Virus record (IMG/VR): IMGVR_UViG_3300032053_000003
Coordinates: 158,392-222,391 of that record
DNA from: a virus
Length of the DNA stretch: 64,000 nucleotides
Strand: one strand, 5' to 3'
Shown here: positions 17,267 to 26,590 of the stretch, piece after piece
Layout of the letters: every line of letters starts with the position of its first letter
Numbering within the stretch: the stretch's first letter is position 1
The notes under the pieces: model-generated
Told to the model about the DNA's origin: nothing
The model's input: the letters and a program-made list of their open reading frames with translations, nothing else
Database searches by the model: none
Position numbers and translations under genes: made by a program

Positions 17267-17833
17267 CTAAACTCCTATTTTAAACTTTTTAAGCTTTATT
17301 TTCAGTTTAGAGAGTGTTTCCTCTTCGATCTGTCTTATCCTCTCACGAGAGACACCGAACCTATCCCCAAGCTCTTTTAGTGTGTGGGACTCTTTCATGA
17401 TATGATCCACTACTATCTCACGTTCACGTTTCTTTAAGGTTAAAATGGTATTCCTTATTATTTTATTCAGTTGGATCTTCATTAGATCCTCTTCAATAGT
17501 AGGTACACTTGGTGTCAGGTTATAAAGCAGCTCTTCAGGTATATCAACACTGTCAGTCATGTGGCCTTTCATAAGCCTTTGTCTTGTCTTATGACTGTTC
17601 AGATTGAATCTGTCTATGGATATTATTAAACCTTGTATTCCCATGTTGATAGTATCAGTATCGGCATGTTTCAGGGTCTTGGCTATGTAAACAACCAGGG
17701 ACAGGTGAGATAACACAAGGGTATCCCTTGCTTCTTTACTCCCTGATTGAGCAGCCGTTATTAGCTCTTTTTCCTGCTCCCTGCTCAGTACTATTCTTTC
17801 AGTATAATATTTTGGAAGTTCATATTCATACAT
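17267..17833 (-). CDS. Phage-encoded sigma-70-family sigma factor
   Basis: Region-2-like AAQSGSKEARDTLVLSHLSLVVYIAK. Region-4 HTH LKELGDRFGVSRERIRQIEEETLSKLK. Confidence 0.8.
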   Translation of the reverse strand: MYEYELPKYYTERIVLSREQEKELITAAQSGSKEARDTLVLSHLSLVVYIAKTLKHADTDTINMGIQGLIISIDRFNLNSHKTRQRLMKGHMTDSVDIPEELLYNLTPSVPTIEEDLMKIQLNKIIRNTILTLKKREREIVVDHIMKESHTLKELGDRFGVSRERIRQIEEETLSKLKIKLKKFKIGV

Positions 17834-17864
17834 CCTTCATTCCCCATCATCATAAAATTAGAAT

Positions 17865-18542
17865 TTAAAACCTACGACACTTCACTTGCCATACAGAATT
17901 GCTTTTCTCTTTGGTACAGAGTGATAATTTAGCCTGGGGATTCTTAAGAACCAGACCCTCATCTTCAGTGTTTCCAAGAGAGTTGTAGAGGGTCTCAAAT
18001 CCGATGTTATAGTTGTTGGCTATGGTGATATTATCTGAGATTACATCATACTGAGAATGGGACTCCTTCACCCTGAATAAGTTATGGAGAAGGTTGTACC
18101 TGTCAATATACTTGGTCCCTATAAGGTAATTATTGTTGGCTACAAGTAGATCATGGATGAACATGGTGTTCTTGATGTGCTTGGTCTTGCTGTGAAGCAG
18201 CTCAAAACAAAAGTAGTACCATCTGTCAGGAAGAGAGTAGAATGGGTCTAGGATCTCAGCAGGTGGGCTCCACTGCTTATGCTCTGTACCTTGCCTTGTC
18301 TTGAAGATGAATTTCTTATCAGGAGACACAGCCAGGATAGAACCTGTTCCATTCTTCTTAATCTGGGCCACATACCTCTTCTTCTCAAATACATTCAGGG
18401 TATCTGACCTAATGATGTTCTCAGGTCTTGGAGGGAAGAGGAATATGAAACCGTTGTACTTTATAGCTTTCATGCACAAGTTTCCGTGCCTGATCTTACT
18501 TTTAAAAGTTCGTTGCATACACAATCCCTTGCTACACAGCAT
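17865..18542 (-). CDS. Small ATP-dependent ligase-like nucleotidyltransferase (candidate RNA/DNA ligase)
   Basis: KKNG resembles motif I KxNG. EGLVLKNPQAK resembles motif V EGhhhK. Weak similarity only. Confidence 0.4.
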   Translation of the reverse strand: MLCSKGLCMQRTFKSKIRHGNLCMKAIKYNGFIFLFPPRPENIIRSDTLNVFEKKRYVAQIKKNGTGSILAVSPDKKFIFKTRQGTEHKQWSPPAEILDPFYSLPDRWYYFCFELLHSKTKHIKNTMFIHDLLVANNNYLIGTKYIDRYNLLHNLFRVKESHSQYDVISDNITIANNYNIGFETLYNSLGNTEDEGLVLKNPQAKLSLCTKEKSNSVWQVKCRRF

Positions 18543-18709
18543 TTATATTTAGTGCAGTATCTTTTACGCTTTATTACAGGCTTTGTTCTTACGATTTCAA
18601 TGTCACAGTAAACACAGTTTGGACAGGCAAGTTCATTCGTCCTCACCATTCTGTATCCTACTCTTTGAGCCAATGATCCTTTCATTTTTACCCTCACTTT
18701 GTTCTTCAT
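18470..18709 (-). CDS. Possible small Cys-rich protein. Overlaps 18633..18854, so the real start may be later.
   Basis: CPNCVYC...CTKYKCC...CVC. No SD at the annotated start. Confidence 0.25.
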   Translation of the reverse strand: MKNKVRVKMKGSLAQRVGYRMVRTNELACPNCVYCDIEIVRTKPVIKRKRYCTKYKCCVARDCVCNELLKVRSGTETCA

Positions 18710-18854
18710 CAGGTGCTCTGTTATATTTGATTGTGGTTACAATAGAAGAGTTACCACACCCCTCTCTCGCTTCCTCATACGAAAGATGCACATGTTGTGC
18801 TATATAATTAGGATACATGTTCAAATATACTACCTGAACCTTTTTTCTTTCCAT
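18633..18854 (-). CDS. Small hypothetical protein
   Basis: 73-aa ORF with GGAGG 4 nt before the ATG. Confidence 0.4.
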   Translation of the reverse strand: MERKKVQVVYLNMYPNYIAQHVHLSYEEAREGCGNSSIVTTIKYNRAPDEEQSEGKNERIIGSKSRIQNGEDE

Positions 18855-18906
18855 AAAACCTCCAGTAAAACGAGAGTATGGGGTACACCCATACTCTCTG
18901 AAATAT

Positions 18907-19626
18907 TTATTTCTTGGAAGAGAGCTTTAAGCCAGCCTTCTCTACCAGAGCCAAGATGGTCTTGAGGTCAGCATCAGCAGCCATCTTTGCTTTGATTGCT
19001 GGGGTTCCGATGATGTCATAAATCTGCTTCAGGGTAGTAGCATCAGTGATCTTGGCAGCATCAAGGAAAGACTGGTCAGAAACAACCTGAGCAGTTACTG
19101 CATCCTGAGGAGCTGTCCTGAAGATGATGTCCATACCCTTGAGTTCAGAAATACTGCTCAGAGCCTTGGAAACGGCATTTGCCAACTTCGGAGTAGAGAC
19201 GATAGCTGGGTTGATAGAGAAGGTCTCTTCGGTTGCAGGGGTAAGAACTACGGTTTCAACGGTAACATCACTCTGCTTGAGGATGTTCACTTCAGCTTCG
19301 GTCAGAACAGAGGCTGAGGATCTCTTACGAAGTTCACATGAAGCCTCTGACTTGTTGCCAATACCCTTGAAGTTGTCAGGTCTGGACTGGTTATCAATGG
19401 TAGTCTCAACAAACGTATCAACGATCTCATCAACCAGATCACCATGAAGAGTATCCTTGAAGGTCTTGAGGGTCTTGGTGAGAGAGTCAATGGCTGCATA
19501 CTGATCAAGGTTGTCACCCAGAAATACCTCTTCCTTTGCACCCTTCTTCTTCTGTGCAGGAGCAGGAGCAACTGTCTTTGCTGTTGAGAATACGTTAGCT
19601 GTTGAACTATTGGTTGTTTTTGCCAT
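18907..19626 (-). CDS. Hypothetical protein, probably highly expressed
   Basis: 239-aa ORF. AAGGAG SD and a consensus 35-bp motif 29 nt upstream. Confidence 0.55.
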   Translation of the reverse strand: MAKTTNSSTANVFSTAKTVAPAPAQKKKGAKEEVFLGDNLDQYAAIDSLTKTLKTFKDTLHGDLVDEIVDTFVETTIDNQSRPDNFKGIGNKSEASCELRKRSSASVLTEAEVNILKQSDVTVETVVLTPATEETFSINPAIVSTPKLANAVSKALSSISELKGMDIIFRTAPQDAVTAQVVSDQSFLDAAKITDATTLKQIYDIIGTPAIKAKMAADADLKTILALVEKAGLKLSSKK

Positions 19627-19654
19627 GTTTTACTCCTTATTGTTTTATCTTGTA

Positions 19655-19692
19655 TCCCTATAACGGTTTTCACCCCAGCAGTTTGTACAACT
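19655..19692 (-). promoter_or_regulatory. Conserved 35-bp promoter-like motif, copy 5
   Basis: ccctataacggttttcaccccagcagtttgtacaactattttc. Confidence 0.55.
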
Positions 19693-19932
19693 ATTTTCAA
19701 TTATTTTATGTTTCCTTACGTATAATACCTAAATCGATGCCAGGAGTTAAGATAAAAATTTTTACCTTATCCTTCATATTGGCAGGAAGCATGTCATTAA
19801 AGAGGCTTAGTTCTCTCTAAGGAGACCTCATTGCTAAGCTTGATCACCAATAAATCATTCTCCCTTAGCTCCAAGGTCTGCATGCTCTCTACAAGCCTTA
19901 AAGTATCTATATCGGTTCTGTTTAGCTTCATA

Positions 19933-20400
19933 TTAGCTCCATTTTTGATTAGGATATCTTTCCTTGATCTGTTTTTCAGCAAGATCAAGTGTAAGAAACT
20001 TTTCCCAGTAGTCCCCAGTTAATTGAATAAGCTTCTGTATAGCTTCTTTCAGGGTAGGGTTTGTGGACATAAATAACTCAAAAGACATTAGGAGTTGTCT
20101 CTCAGTCTCATTCAGCCTTTTGGAGTATGCTTCTGGGTCCACTAGTCTCTCTATGGCATCCTTGAATTTCTTAGGGACTTCTCTCTCCAAAAGGATACAG
20201 GCTGGGAGATAGTACTTAATCAACTCAAGCCCTTTGTGCTGGAATACCAGGGCAACCTCTTCTATAGTAGGGATCTCTCCTTTGTTCCAAGGGGAAACAA
20301 GATAGTTTGGAAAATTACCCAGAAGTGCCTCATGCACGGTTTTGACCATTTCATCAAAGGTAGGCATAAAGACTCTGTATTTGATATCTTCCAGCTTCAT
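19933..20400 (-). CDS. Hypothetical protein
   Basis: 155-aa ORF. Confidence 0.5.
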   Translation of the reverse strand: MKLEDIKYRVFMPTFDEMVKTVHEALLGNFPNYLVSPWNKGEIPTIEEVALVFQHKGLELIKYYLPACILLEREVPKKFKDAIERLVDPEAYSKRLNETERQLLMSFELFMSTNPTLKEAIQKLIQLTGDYWEKFLTLDLAEKQIKERYPNQKWS

Positions 20401-20627
20401 TTTATCTCCTGAAAAGAGATTTTAGGATCAGCTAACGGATAGTAACAACCAGGCCACACTGCTCTTTCAAGTGGTGCTGTGTCATTTAGAGTTACAGGAG
20501 CTACAAAGTAATGATCAGTAATACATACAGCAACAGCTTTACTCTCGGAATCGTAGACTCCTACAAATTCCCAAGCTGTATTTTTATCACTCTGCTCAAG
20601 CACTTTACCTGCTACCCATAGCTTCAT
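20397..20627 (-). CDS. Hypothetical protein
   Basis: 76-aa ORF, 4-nt overlap with the neighbouring gene. Confidence 0.4.
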   Translation of the reverse strand: MKLWVAGKVLEQSDKNTAWEFVGVYDSESKAVAVCITDHYFVAPVTLNDTAPLERAVWPGCYYPLADPKISFQEIK

Positions 20628-20922
20628 TTTTTATCTCCCCTATAATCCTATCAGTAATAAACCTTAATTGCCATTCAGATATGTAATCACCAGTTAAGGT
20701 CAGATAGCACTCTTCATAACCCTTTTTAAAGGCTTTCCTGACTACCTTATAACCCATCTCCTCTATAGCATCATTGTGCCCTTGATCATAACCTTCATCA
20801 AAATCACTTACTCCTTTTTCTTCTTCAGCTTCAGAGATGCAAGATGCACAAGGAATAATCCTGCCAGCAAGGTTCATGGTTAATTTAGTGCCACATTTGG
20901 CACATCTCAGCTCTATTGCCAC
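20605..20922 (-). CDS. Zinc-ribbon protein
   Basis: CAKCGTKLTMNLAGRIIPCASC. Confidence 0.45.
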   Translation of the reverse strand: MAIELRCAKCGTKLTMNLAGRIIPCASCISEAEEEKGVSDFDEGYDQGHNDAIEEMGYKVVRKAFKKGYEECYLTLTGDYISEWQLRFITDRIIGEIKNEAMGSR

Positions 20923-20932
20923 TGCCCTCTCC

Positions 20933-21289
20933 TTACTTAGCCATAACTTTTTTCAAAAGCTCTACTAACTTACTAGATCCTGTTGACTGCATATTAATCT
21001 GACGAGAAACAAGTCCAAATAATTCCTCGTTAGCCTTCTTATTAACCTTGAAAGGGGGTTGTCTTTTATAATCCTTATTAGGAGTGAGCCAAGGACCAAA
21101 ACGTGAATCATTACAGCTAGAATAACGAAAATCAGAGATCACCTTATCTATCTTTTTACGATCTATGTTATTATTCAGTGCTTCTAATGCACTCAAAGCA
21201 CCATGCTGAAAACCTCTTCGGTAAGACATCTCTGCCATAAAAGCAGCACATTTCAAAATCTGATTCTTTAATCCTTCAGTCATAAACAC
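20933..21289 (-). CDS. Hypothetical protein
   Basis: 118-aa ORF. Confidence 0.45.
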   Translation of the reverse strand: MFMTEGLKNQILKCAAFMAEMSYRRGFQHGALSALEALNNNIDRKKIDKVISDFRYSSCNDSRFGPWLTPNKDYKRQPPFKVNKKANEELFGLVSRQINMQSTGSSKLVELLKKVMAK

Positions 21290-21305
21290 CTCTCATATAA
21301 TTATC

Positions 21306-21971
21306 TCACTTCACATAACCTTGTTTGATAAGTAGGTTAATCATATTCAACTGATGCTTGCACAAGCCTGGAATATTATTCGGGTTCTTCGGAGGGTAAT
21401 TACTTGGAGGCATTACCCTCTTGTACGGCTTGGGCTTTTTTCCATAATAGCACTGTTTATTGAAGTCAGGATAGGCAAAAGTGAAATAAAAATCAGGACA
21501 GGCACAATAAACCCTCACAGGACTATGCCTATAGTCTGGCTGCTTACAGACTACAATGGCATTGGTTTCTGGATTTTCAAACTTCAGCATCCCTCTCTTC
21601 CAGTTATCCTCACCATCGATAAACTCTATGTTGTAGAAGGCAATGACAGTGGGGTACTTTGCTGCTGTGGTCCCAGATAAGGACTTGGCTGTGAAGAGGA
21701 TAGAACTGGTGCCAAAGTAAGGTATGATATTTGAAATCTCAATATCAATGTACTGGGTCCTCTCTACCCTCTTGGCATCATACCGTCTGGTAGCCATAAC
21801 CAGATCGAACAAGGAGGTTTTGTTAGGTACCTTAACCTTTTTGTATACTACAGGCTCTGGTTCTGGAGGCTCAGGCTGTCTATCCTTGTAGTAGGGAGGG
21901 TTCTTGGATCTCGTTTTACTTGGAGCTGCAAATGGAGTCCTGTCTCTACCTTTTCTTGGTATCTTTGCCAT
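21306..21971 (-). CDS. Hypothetical basic, Pro-rich protein with a Cys/aromatic cluster
   Basis: 221-aa ORF. CKQPDYRHSPVRVYCACPDFYF... Confidence 0.5.
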   Translation of the reverse strand: MAKIPRKGRDRTPFAAPSKTRSKNPPYYKDRQPEPPEPEPVVYKKVKVPNKTSLFDLVMATRRYDAKRVERTQYIDIEISNIIPYFGTSSILFTAKSLSGTTAAKYPTVIAFYNIEFIDGEDNWKRGMLKFENPETNAIVVCKQPDYRHSPVRVYCACPDFYFTFAYPDFNKQCYYGKKPKPYKRVMPPSNYPPKNPNNIPGLCKHQLNMINLLIKQGYVK

Positions 21972-22025
21972 CTTAAAACCCCCATAGAAACATTCAATGA
22001 TCGAATTTTAACACAACAATTACCT

Positions 22026-22054
22026 GTTTACAATGAAGATGAATTAGTCTATAT
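22026..22054 (+). promoter_or_regulatory. Candidate sigma-70-type promoter for the rightward acidic-protein gene
   Basis: TTTACA, 17 nt, TATATA, about 300 nt upstream of the 22348 ATG. Confidence 0.3.
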
Positions 22055-22347
22055 ACTATTGGGTAAAGTAGGTTTTTTAGTACTGCTACATGCTGTGAAA
22101 CCCATATCGATGTTGGTACTGGCTTATGAACTTAAGAGACCTGAATACTGTTTTAAAAAGGGGGAGTGCCTCCTAAAAATAGTATATTATGGAAACAGGT
22201 CGGGTGATGGGACAGCTGTTCTCTCACAGGTATCTCTTTAGCTGTCTGCATCACAAACCAAGAGAACAGTGAAACCCATGGAGTGGCTGCTTCAAAGCAA
22301 AAAGAATCAACAAGCTTATAGAAAATAAATTAAAGAGGAGGTAGTTA

Positions 22348-23100
22348 ATGAGTAGTATACTGGAAAGGATCAAGGATGCGTTGGATGACATAGCTGATGA
22401 CCTGGATGATGATGCCCTGAAGGAGGCAGTAGCTGAGCACATTGATTCCTCTGATATCATTGGTGAGCTGATAAAAGAAGATGAGAATATCCAGAATGCT
22501 TTGAAAAAGAAGTTCAAGGAACTGCTTATCAAAGACATTGAAGACATCAATGACTCCGATGATTTGGAGGGTTATATGGATGGCTCATGGGGTGATAAGA
22601 CCGAGAACATCTTTGGTGACGAAAATATCAAAAATATTATTGAAGAGCTAACTGAGGACACTAAAGTTCAGGATATGCTCAAGAAAAAGGTTAAGGAACT
22701 CATCGTATCCCAGATGGATGATATGAGTACAGATGACCTCCCTGTGAATATCTGGGATAAGGAAGAAATTGCTGATCGTATAAAGATCATCATGGCTGAT
22801 CATACCTTCCTTGGAGAGTACACTGAGATGTTCAATAAAGCTTTGAAGAAGGTCATTGTAAGTATGACCAAGGAGAATGATCGTTCCTTTGAGAAGTTTA
22901 TCAAGGAGCACCCCCAGACCCAGTTTATGCTTCAAAACAGGGTAGAGAGTATGATGCAGGATAATGCTTTCCTGGAGGATCTTAGGAAGGCTTTAGTAGT
23001 CAGGGTAAAAGATACTCCAGACTTGCAGAAGACCCTGCTCAATCTGTTGTTTAACAAAACAGCTGAGCATTTGGTAGAGTTGATGTTCAAAAAGGTATAA
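22348..23100 (+). CDS. Highly acidic hypothetical protein, a lone rightward gene inside the leftward block
   Basis: 250 aa, Asp/Glu-rich N-terminus. GAGGAGG SD. Confidence 0.55.
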   Translation: MSSILERIKDALDDIADDLDDDALKEAVAEHIDSSDIIGELIKEDENIQNALKKKFKELLIKDIEDINDSDDLEGYMDGSWGDKTENIFGDENIKNIIEELTEDTKVQDMLKKKVKELIVSQMDDMSTDDLPVNIWDKEEIADRIKIIMADHTFLGEYTEMFNKALKKVIVSMTKENDRSFEKFIKEHPQTQFMLQNRVESMMQDNAFLEDLRKALVVRVKDTPDLQKTLLNLLFNKTAEHLVELMFKKV

Positions 23101-23193
23101 TGTATAAGGAGACCTACAAGACTCACTCCTTTAATGAAACCCAGGATATCATTGAAGAGAGACAGGATAAGCCCCAGTGCCTGTCTCTCTTTC

Positions 23194-23451
23194 TTAAGAA
23201 GTAAGGGCATCAATAAGTTGCTTATATAAAACATTAGCTAAGATCTTATCCTCTTTGCCCTCAAAGGCTTCAGCCTTGTTCTTAGTGAGTCTCCATTTCT
23301 CAAGGACCTCTTCAGCCTCTTTTTCATACATACCCCTATGTATTTCTGATCCTGGTATGTCCTCTTCGTTATTGTAGGGGCATCTCCAGCTATCACACTG
23401 CTCATGTAAGCAACTGGAGCACTTGTCCCCATTACCTTTCATTTCGTTCAT
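23194..23451 (-). CDS. Hypothetical protein
   Basis: 85-aa ORF containing CSSCLHEQC. Confidence 0.4.
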   Translation of the reverse strand: MNEMKGNGDKCSSCLHEQCDSWRCPYNNEEDIPGSEIHRGMYEKEAEEVLEKWRLTKNKAEAFEGKEDKILANVLYKQLIDALTS

Positions 23452-23738
23452 CTCAAGAACCCCTTCGATGTCCTGTCCTGGACATTCTCTCTCCAGTCAT
23501 TAAACATAGTACTGCTACAGGCTATATCGATAGCCAGTTCTTCCCTGTAATCTATACCTTGTTGTCCCTTCAAGAGGGCCAGTTTGCACCAGTGCCTATT
23601 GGCCTCCTCATCCCACACAAGTCCTGGACAAAGACCTTTTAAGATATTGTAAGCACGTTGACCAGGAATACAGATTGCTACCGAGCAGCAGTATCCACAA
23701 CCAATACATGAAGGATCTCTAGTCATATCAGTCCTCAT
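23448..23738 (-). CDS. Cys-rich hypothetical protein
   Basis: CIGCGYCCSVAIC. Confidence 0.45.
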   Translation of the reverse strand: MRTDMTRDPSCIGCGYCCSVAICIPGQRAYNILKGLCPGLVWDEEANRHWCKLALLKGQQGIDYREELAIDIACSSTMFNDWRENVQDRTSKGFLR

Positions 23739-24056
23739 GGTTTACTCTCCTACTTACATGATTTACAGGTATAGCTCTCATCCTTAACAATCTTATATTT
23801 ACCTTTAGGCAGGTAGAGATCAGCAACTATCTTTTTGATTACCTTTTTATTGTTGTAGATACAGGGATCAAGATGGATATAAAACATTCCTTTATCATAG
23901 AGGACTCTTCCTCTAGGGTAGTAATCATAAGGTAATCCCTTGAATTCTGGAACTTGATACTGTAAGGCACTCCAAAGACTTCGGTGATCAGCTCCACTTG
24001 TTAAGAATCTGCCCCGTTCTACAGCAAACTCAACAGGTTCTTTATATATAAAAATA

Positions 24057-24380
24057 TTGTCATCCGAAAAGATGTATATAACACCTAAGGCTAAAGTAGG
24101 TGAGTTTTCCGATGGTATTGTATTCGTTAACTCAGAGGATCACGATCCTCCCCATGTTCATTATATCAAAGATGGGAAGCTCGTAGCAAAAGTGGAGATT
24201 CCTGTTAAAGATATTAAGAATAAGTCTGAATTGGCTGTTATGACTGAAGGGACAGCTTATCAGGACTATCTGCTAACATCTCTTGCCAAATGGTTTAATC
24301 AGGTTTCTGTAAAAGGTGGAGTAAAAGGTAAAAACTGGCAGATAGCCAAGTTTCTTTGGGACAGTGTGCATAATATCTAG
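24057..24380 (+). CDS. DUF4160-family protein
   Basis: GIVFVNSEDHDPPHVHY matches the DUF4160 hallmark (YGIVI...NDHNPPHFH). Confidence 0.55.
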   Translation: MSSEKMYITPKAKVGEFSDGIVFVNSEDHDPPHVHYIKDGKLVAKVEIPVKDIKNKSELAVMTEGTAYQDYLLTSLAKWFNQVSVKGGVKGKNWQIAKFLWDSVHNI

Positions 24381-24388
24381 GAGGTTTT

Positions 24389-24838
24389 ATGAGTAATGCC
24401 AAACGATTAATCAATAAGCTTAGACACTCTGCAGCCTTCCTGAAAACTGAAAATTATAGAGTCTGCTGAAGCTGATGTAGCTATTAAAGCTATCACACAC
24501 TCAAAACCTACTTTGGTTTTCTGGATATCTCCTACAGGCATATTATAGATGCCAAGGAAGCCCACCATGAAAACCCTCCTGATGGGGATCGGTCAGTCCT
24601 GTCTGATAAGATCCATAAGGGATTCATAAGAGGCAGAGCAGCATTTATAGGTGATGTCCTTTACATAGTGATTTATGGAGAAGACAGTGGACAGATCTCA
24701 AAAAGACAGCTTGCTCTTCTACGAAGATCTTACCCAAGAGTATTACGATATTTGATAGAGCAAAAGGACTTGACACAATCCCAAGTGGATTCAGCTAATT
24801 TTATTGATGAACAAGGGAATGAGATGATTTTGTAAAGA
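24389..24838 (+). pseudogene. Possible disrupted (frameshifted) gene downstream of DUF4160
   Basis: A strong AGGAGG-ATG start at 24389 gives only 26 codons. Hand translation suggests the coding potential continues in the two other frames up to about 24838. The ORF track shows no ORF of 60 aa or more here. Confidence 0.25.
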
Positions 24839-25071
24839 GCTACTGTAAACTGAAGGAGCTAACATGATTAAAGACTATGGTAAATCAAAAGCCAGAGAGG
24901 TTATTGATGCTGTACATGATGTTAATAAACGTAAAGCAGAGCTGGAAGAGAGTAGAGCTATCCATGTCTCATATCGAGCCAGACACTGTTTGATAATATC
25001 GACATCGGCAGCGCCACATTTAGGGTTGTTAATTGCTGCAAGCAACTTATCTTTGTGAGGGGTATGCAACA

Positions 25072-26271
25072 TCAAATCACTCCTTTTATACTGAAAATAG
25101 GCGATGCAGAAATCGTGTATAAATCTGAAAGTGTTGTTATTATGTTATCACGTGGCTCGCCTTCTGCACGATTCAAAGCATCTTTCAGGTATCGCTCAGA
25201 AATCTGGTGTGCAGCCCTCTGAATAGGAATATTGCCTGTAAATTTCAGAATAAGTATATCTTCTCTGATAGACTTACCAAAGCGATTGACAAATATCCGA
25301 TAGCGTTCACCTTTCAGGTGAAAGCATCCAAGTGATTCAGCAATATCACGAAGGATTCCTGAGTTGCTGAAGGAGATGCCTCGAACATTAGATTCGTGAC
25401 CAACGACAAGAACTAGAGTACCACCCTCTTTGAGTGTCATGCAAAAACTAACAAGGCATTGCTCCATATCGAGAGCGTATTGAACAACAGTCCGGAATCT
25501 GTTGCCCCGGTTCTTTCTATTAGATCCAATTTCACTTTCAGCAACTTTCAATAAATTAAAACCAAGGACCTCCAACAATGCACGGAAATTCTGATGATAG
25601 TTAAAAACATTGATATACGGAGGACTTGTAATAATGAGATCAGCAGACGCACGGCATTTCTCATGAGTCATTCGAGCATCACATAATTCAACATCAATCT
25701 TCTTGTCTGAGAATGGCAAATTGTATAGATATTCGCGAACGGACATGCATGCTTTATTGAGTGTAGACGACAAGTCTCCGTGTCCGTTGCTTTCTGCACG
25801 CATCAAAATAATGAGTGCTAGTAACATCTGTCTCTTGTTATCCATTGCATCAAATAGAGCGGAGGCACAATCCAAGAGATTCTTGTATTTTTTTCTAAAG
25901 TCATCGCTCACTTCAAACAGGGGCAAGTTATTATAAGACCTGGCTAAACGTGAAACCTTGTCTTGAACTCCATGGAAAAGCTGTGCTCGCTGGTTTATTT
26001 GGAGATTTCCGAAACCTATGAATTTAGACATCGCATAAGCTGCAGGATTTATCTCGCACCCAAGAGAGGGCATTTGCTTAGCGGAGGCCTCCAACAGAAC
26101 AGTGCCGCTACCGCAAAACGGATCAACAATTAGTGAACTGTGTGACGTTAAAGAATCAAGAAGATACTCGATTAGTTGAGGCGTGAATTGACCACGCCAG
26201 TTAAAAATATTAGACCTGCTCTTTGCTGATACATCAAGCATAGTCTGTTCAAGAAGTTCAGCATGCATCAT
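25072..26271 (-). CDS. Orphan amino-DNA methyltransferase (m6A or m4C), alpha-class motif order
   Basis: Motif I DPFCGSGTVLLEA near the N-terminus and motif IV IITSPPY about 165 aa later. No adjacent endonuclease. The gene is visibly CpG-richer than its surroundings. Confidence 0.75.
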   Translation of the reverse strand: MMHAELLEQTMLDVSAKSRSNIFNWRGQFTPQLIEYLLDSLTSHSSLIVDPFCGSGTVLLEASAKQMPSLGCEINPAAYAMSKFIGFGNLQINQRAQLFHGVQDKVSRLARSYNNLPLFEVSDDFRKKYKNLLDCASALFDAMDNKRQMLLALIILMRAESNGHGDLSSTLNKACMSVREYLYNLPFSDKKIDVELCDARMTHEKCRASADLIITSPPYINVFNYHQNFRALLEVLGFNLLKVAESEIGSNRKNRGNRFRTVVQYALDMEQCLVSFCMTLKEGGTLVLVVGHESNVRGISFSNSGILRDIAESLGCFHLKGERYRIFVNRFGKSIREDILILKFTGNIPIQRAAHQISERYLKDALNRAEGEPRDNIITTLSDLYTISASPIFSIKGVI

Positions 26272-26528
26272 TGACTACCTTTATTTAGATAAGGCAACAT
26301 ATTGTCAATATACCATTTCATAATCGAGTGCCCATAAAAGATCTAAAGTAACGTATTATTATGATTTAATTAATTTATTTACTAGAATACTCAATGTTGT
26401 ATTTTCTTTTCATCTTGTTCAAGAACTACAGGGTCTGAAAGGGTAGAGTAGGAAACTGACCTCGTCAAGAGACATCAGATGCTCAAGTAGGGATTTAGTT
26501 TTACTCATTTCCTTTTGGACCCCTCCAT

Positions 26529-26590
26529 TAGCTAAACTTAGCTGTACTTTAGCTAAACTTAGCTATACTTTTTAGTTATACTTTAGCTAT
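26529..26590. repeat. Tandem direct repeats TAGCTAAACTTAGCTRTACTT (x2 plus a partial third)
   Basis: 26529-26549 and 26550-26570 are near-identical 21-mers, followed by tttagttatactttagctat. Confidence 0.6.

Noticed and set aside
18470-18709. Full-length ORF 18470..18709 (-)
   Set aside because: It overlaps 18633..18854 by 77 nt and lacks an SD at its annotated start. The 18633..18854 ORF has GGAGG 4 nt upstream. I kept it only as a low-confidence call, possibly with a later start.
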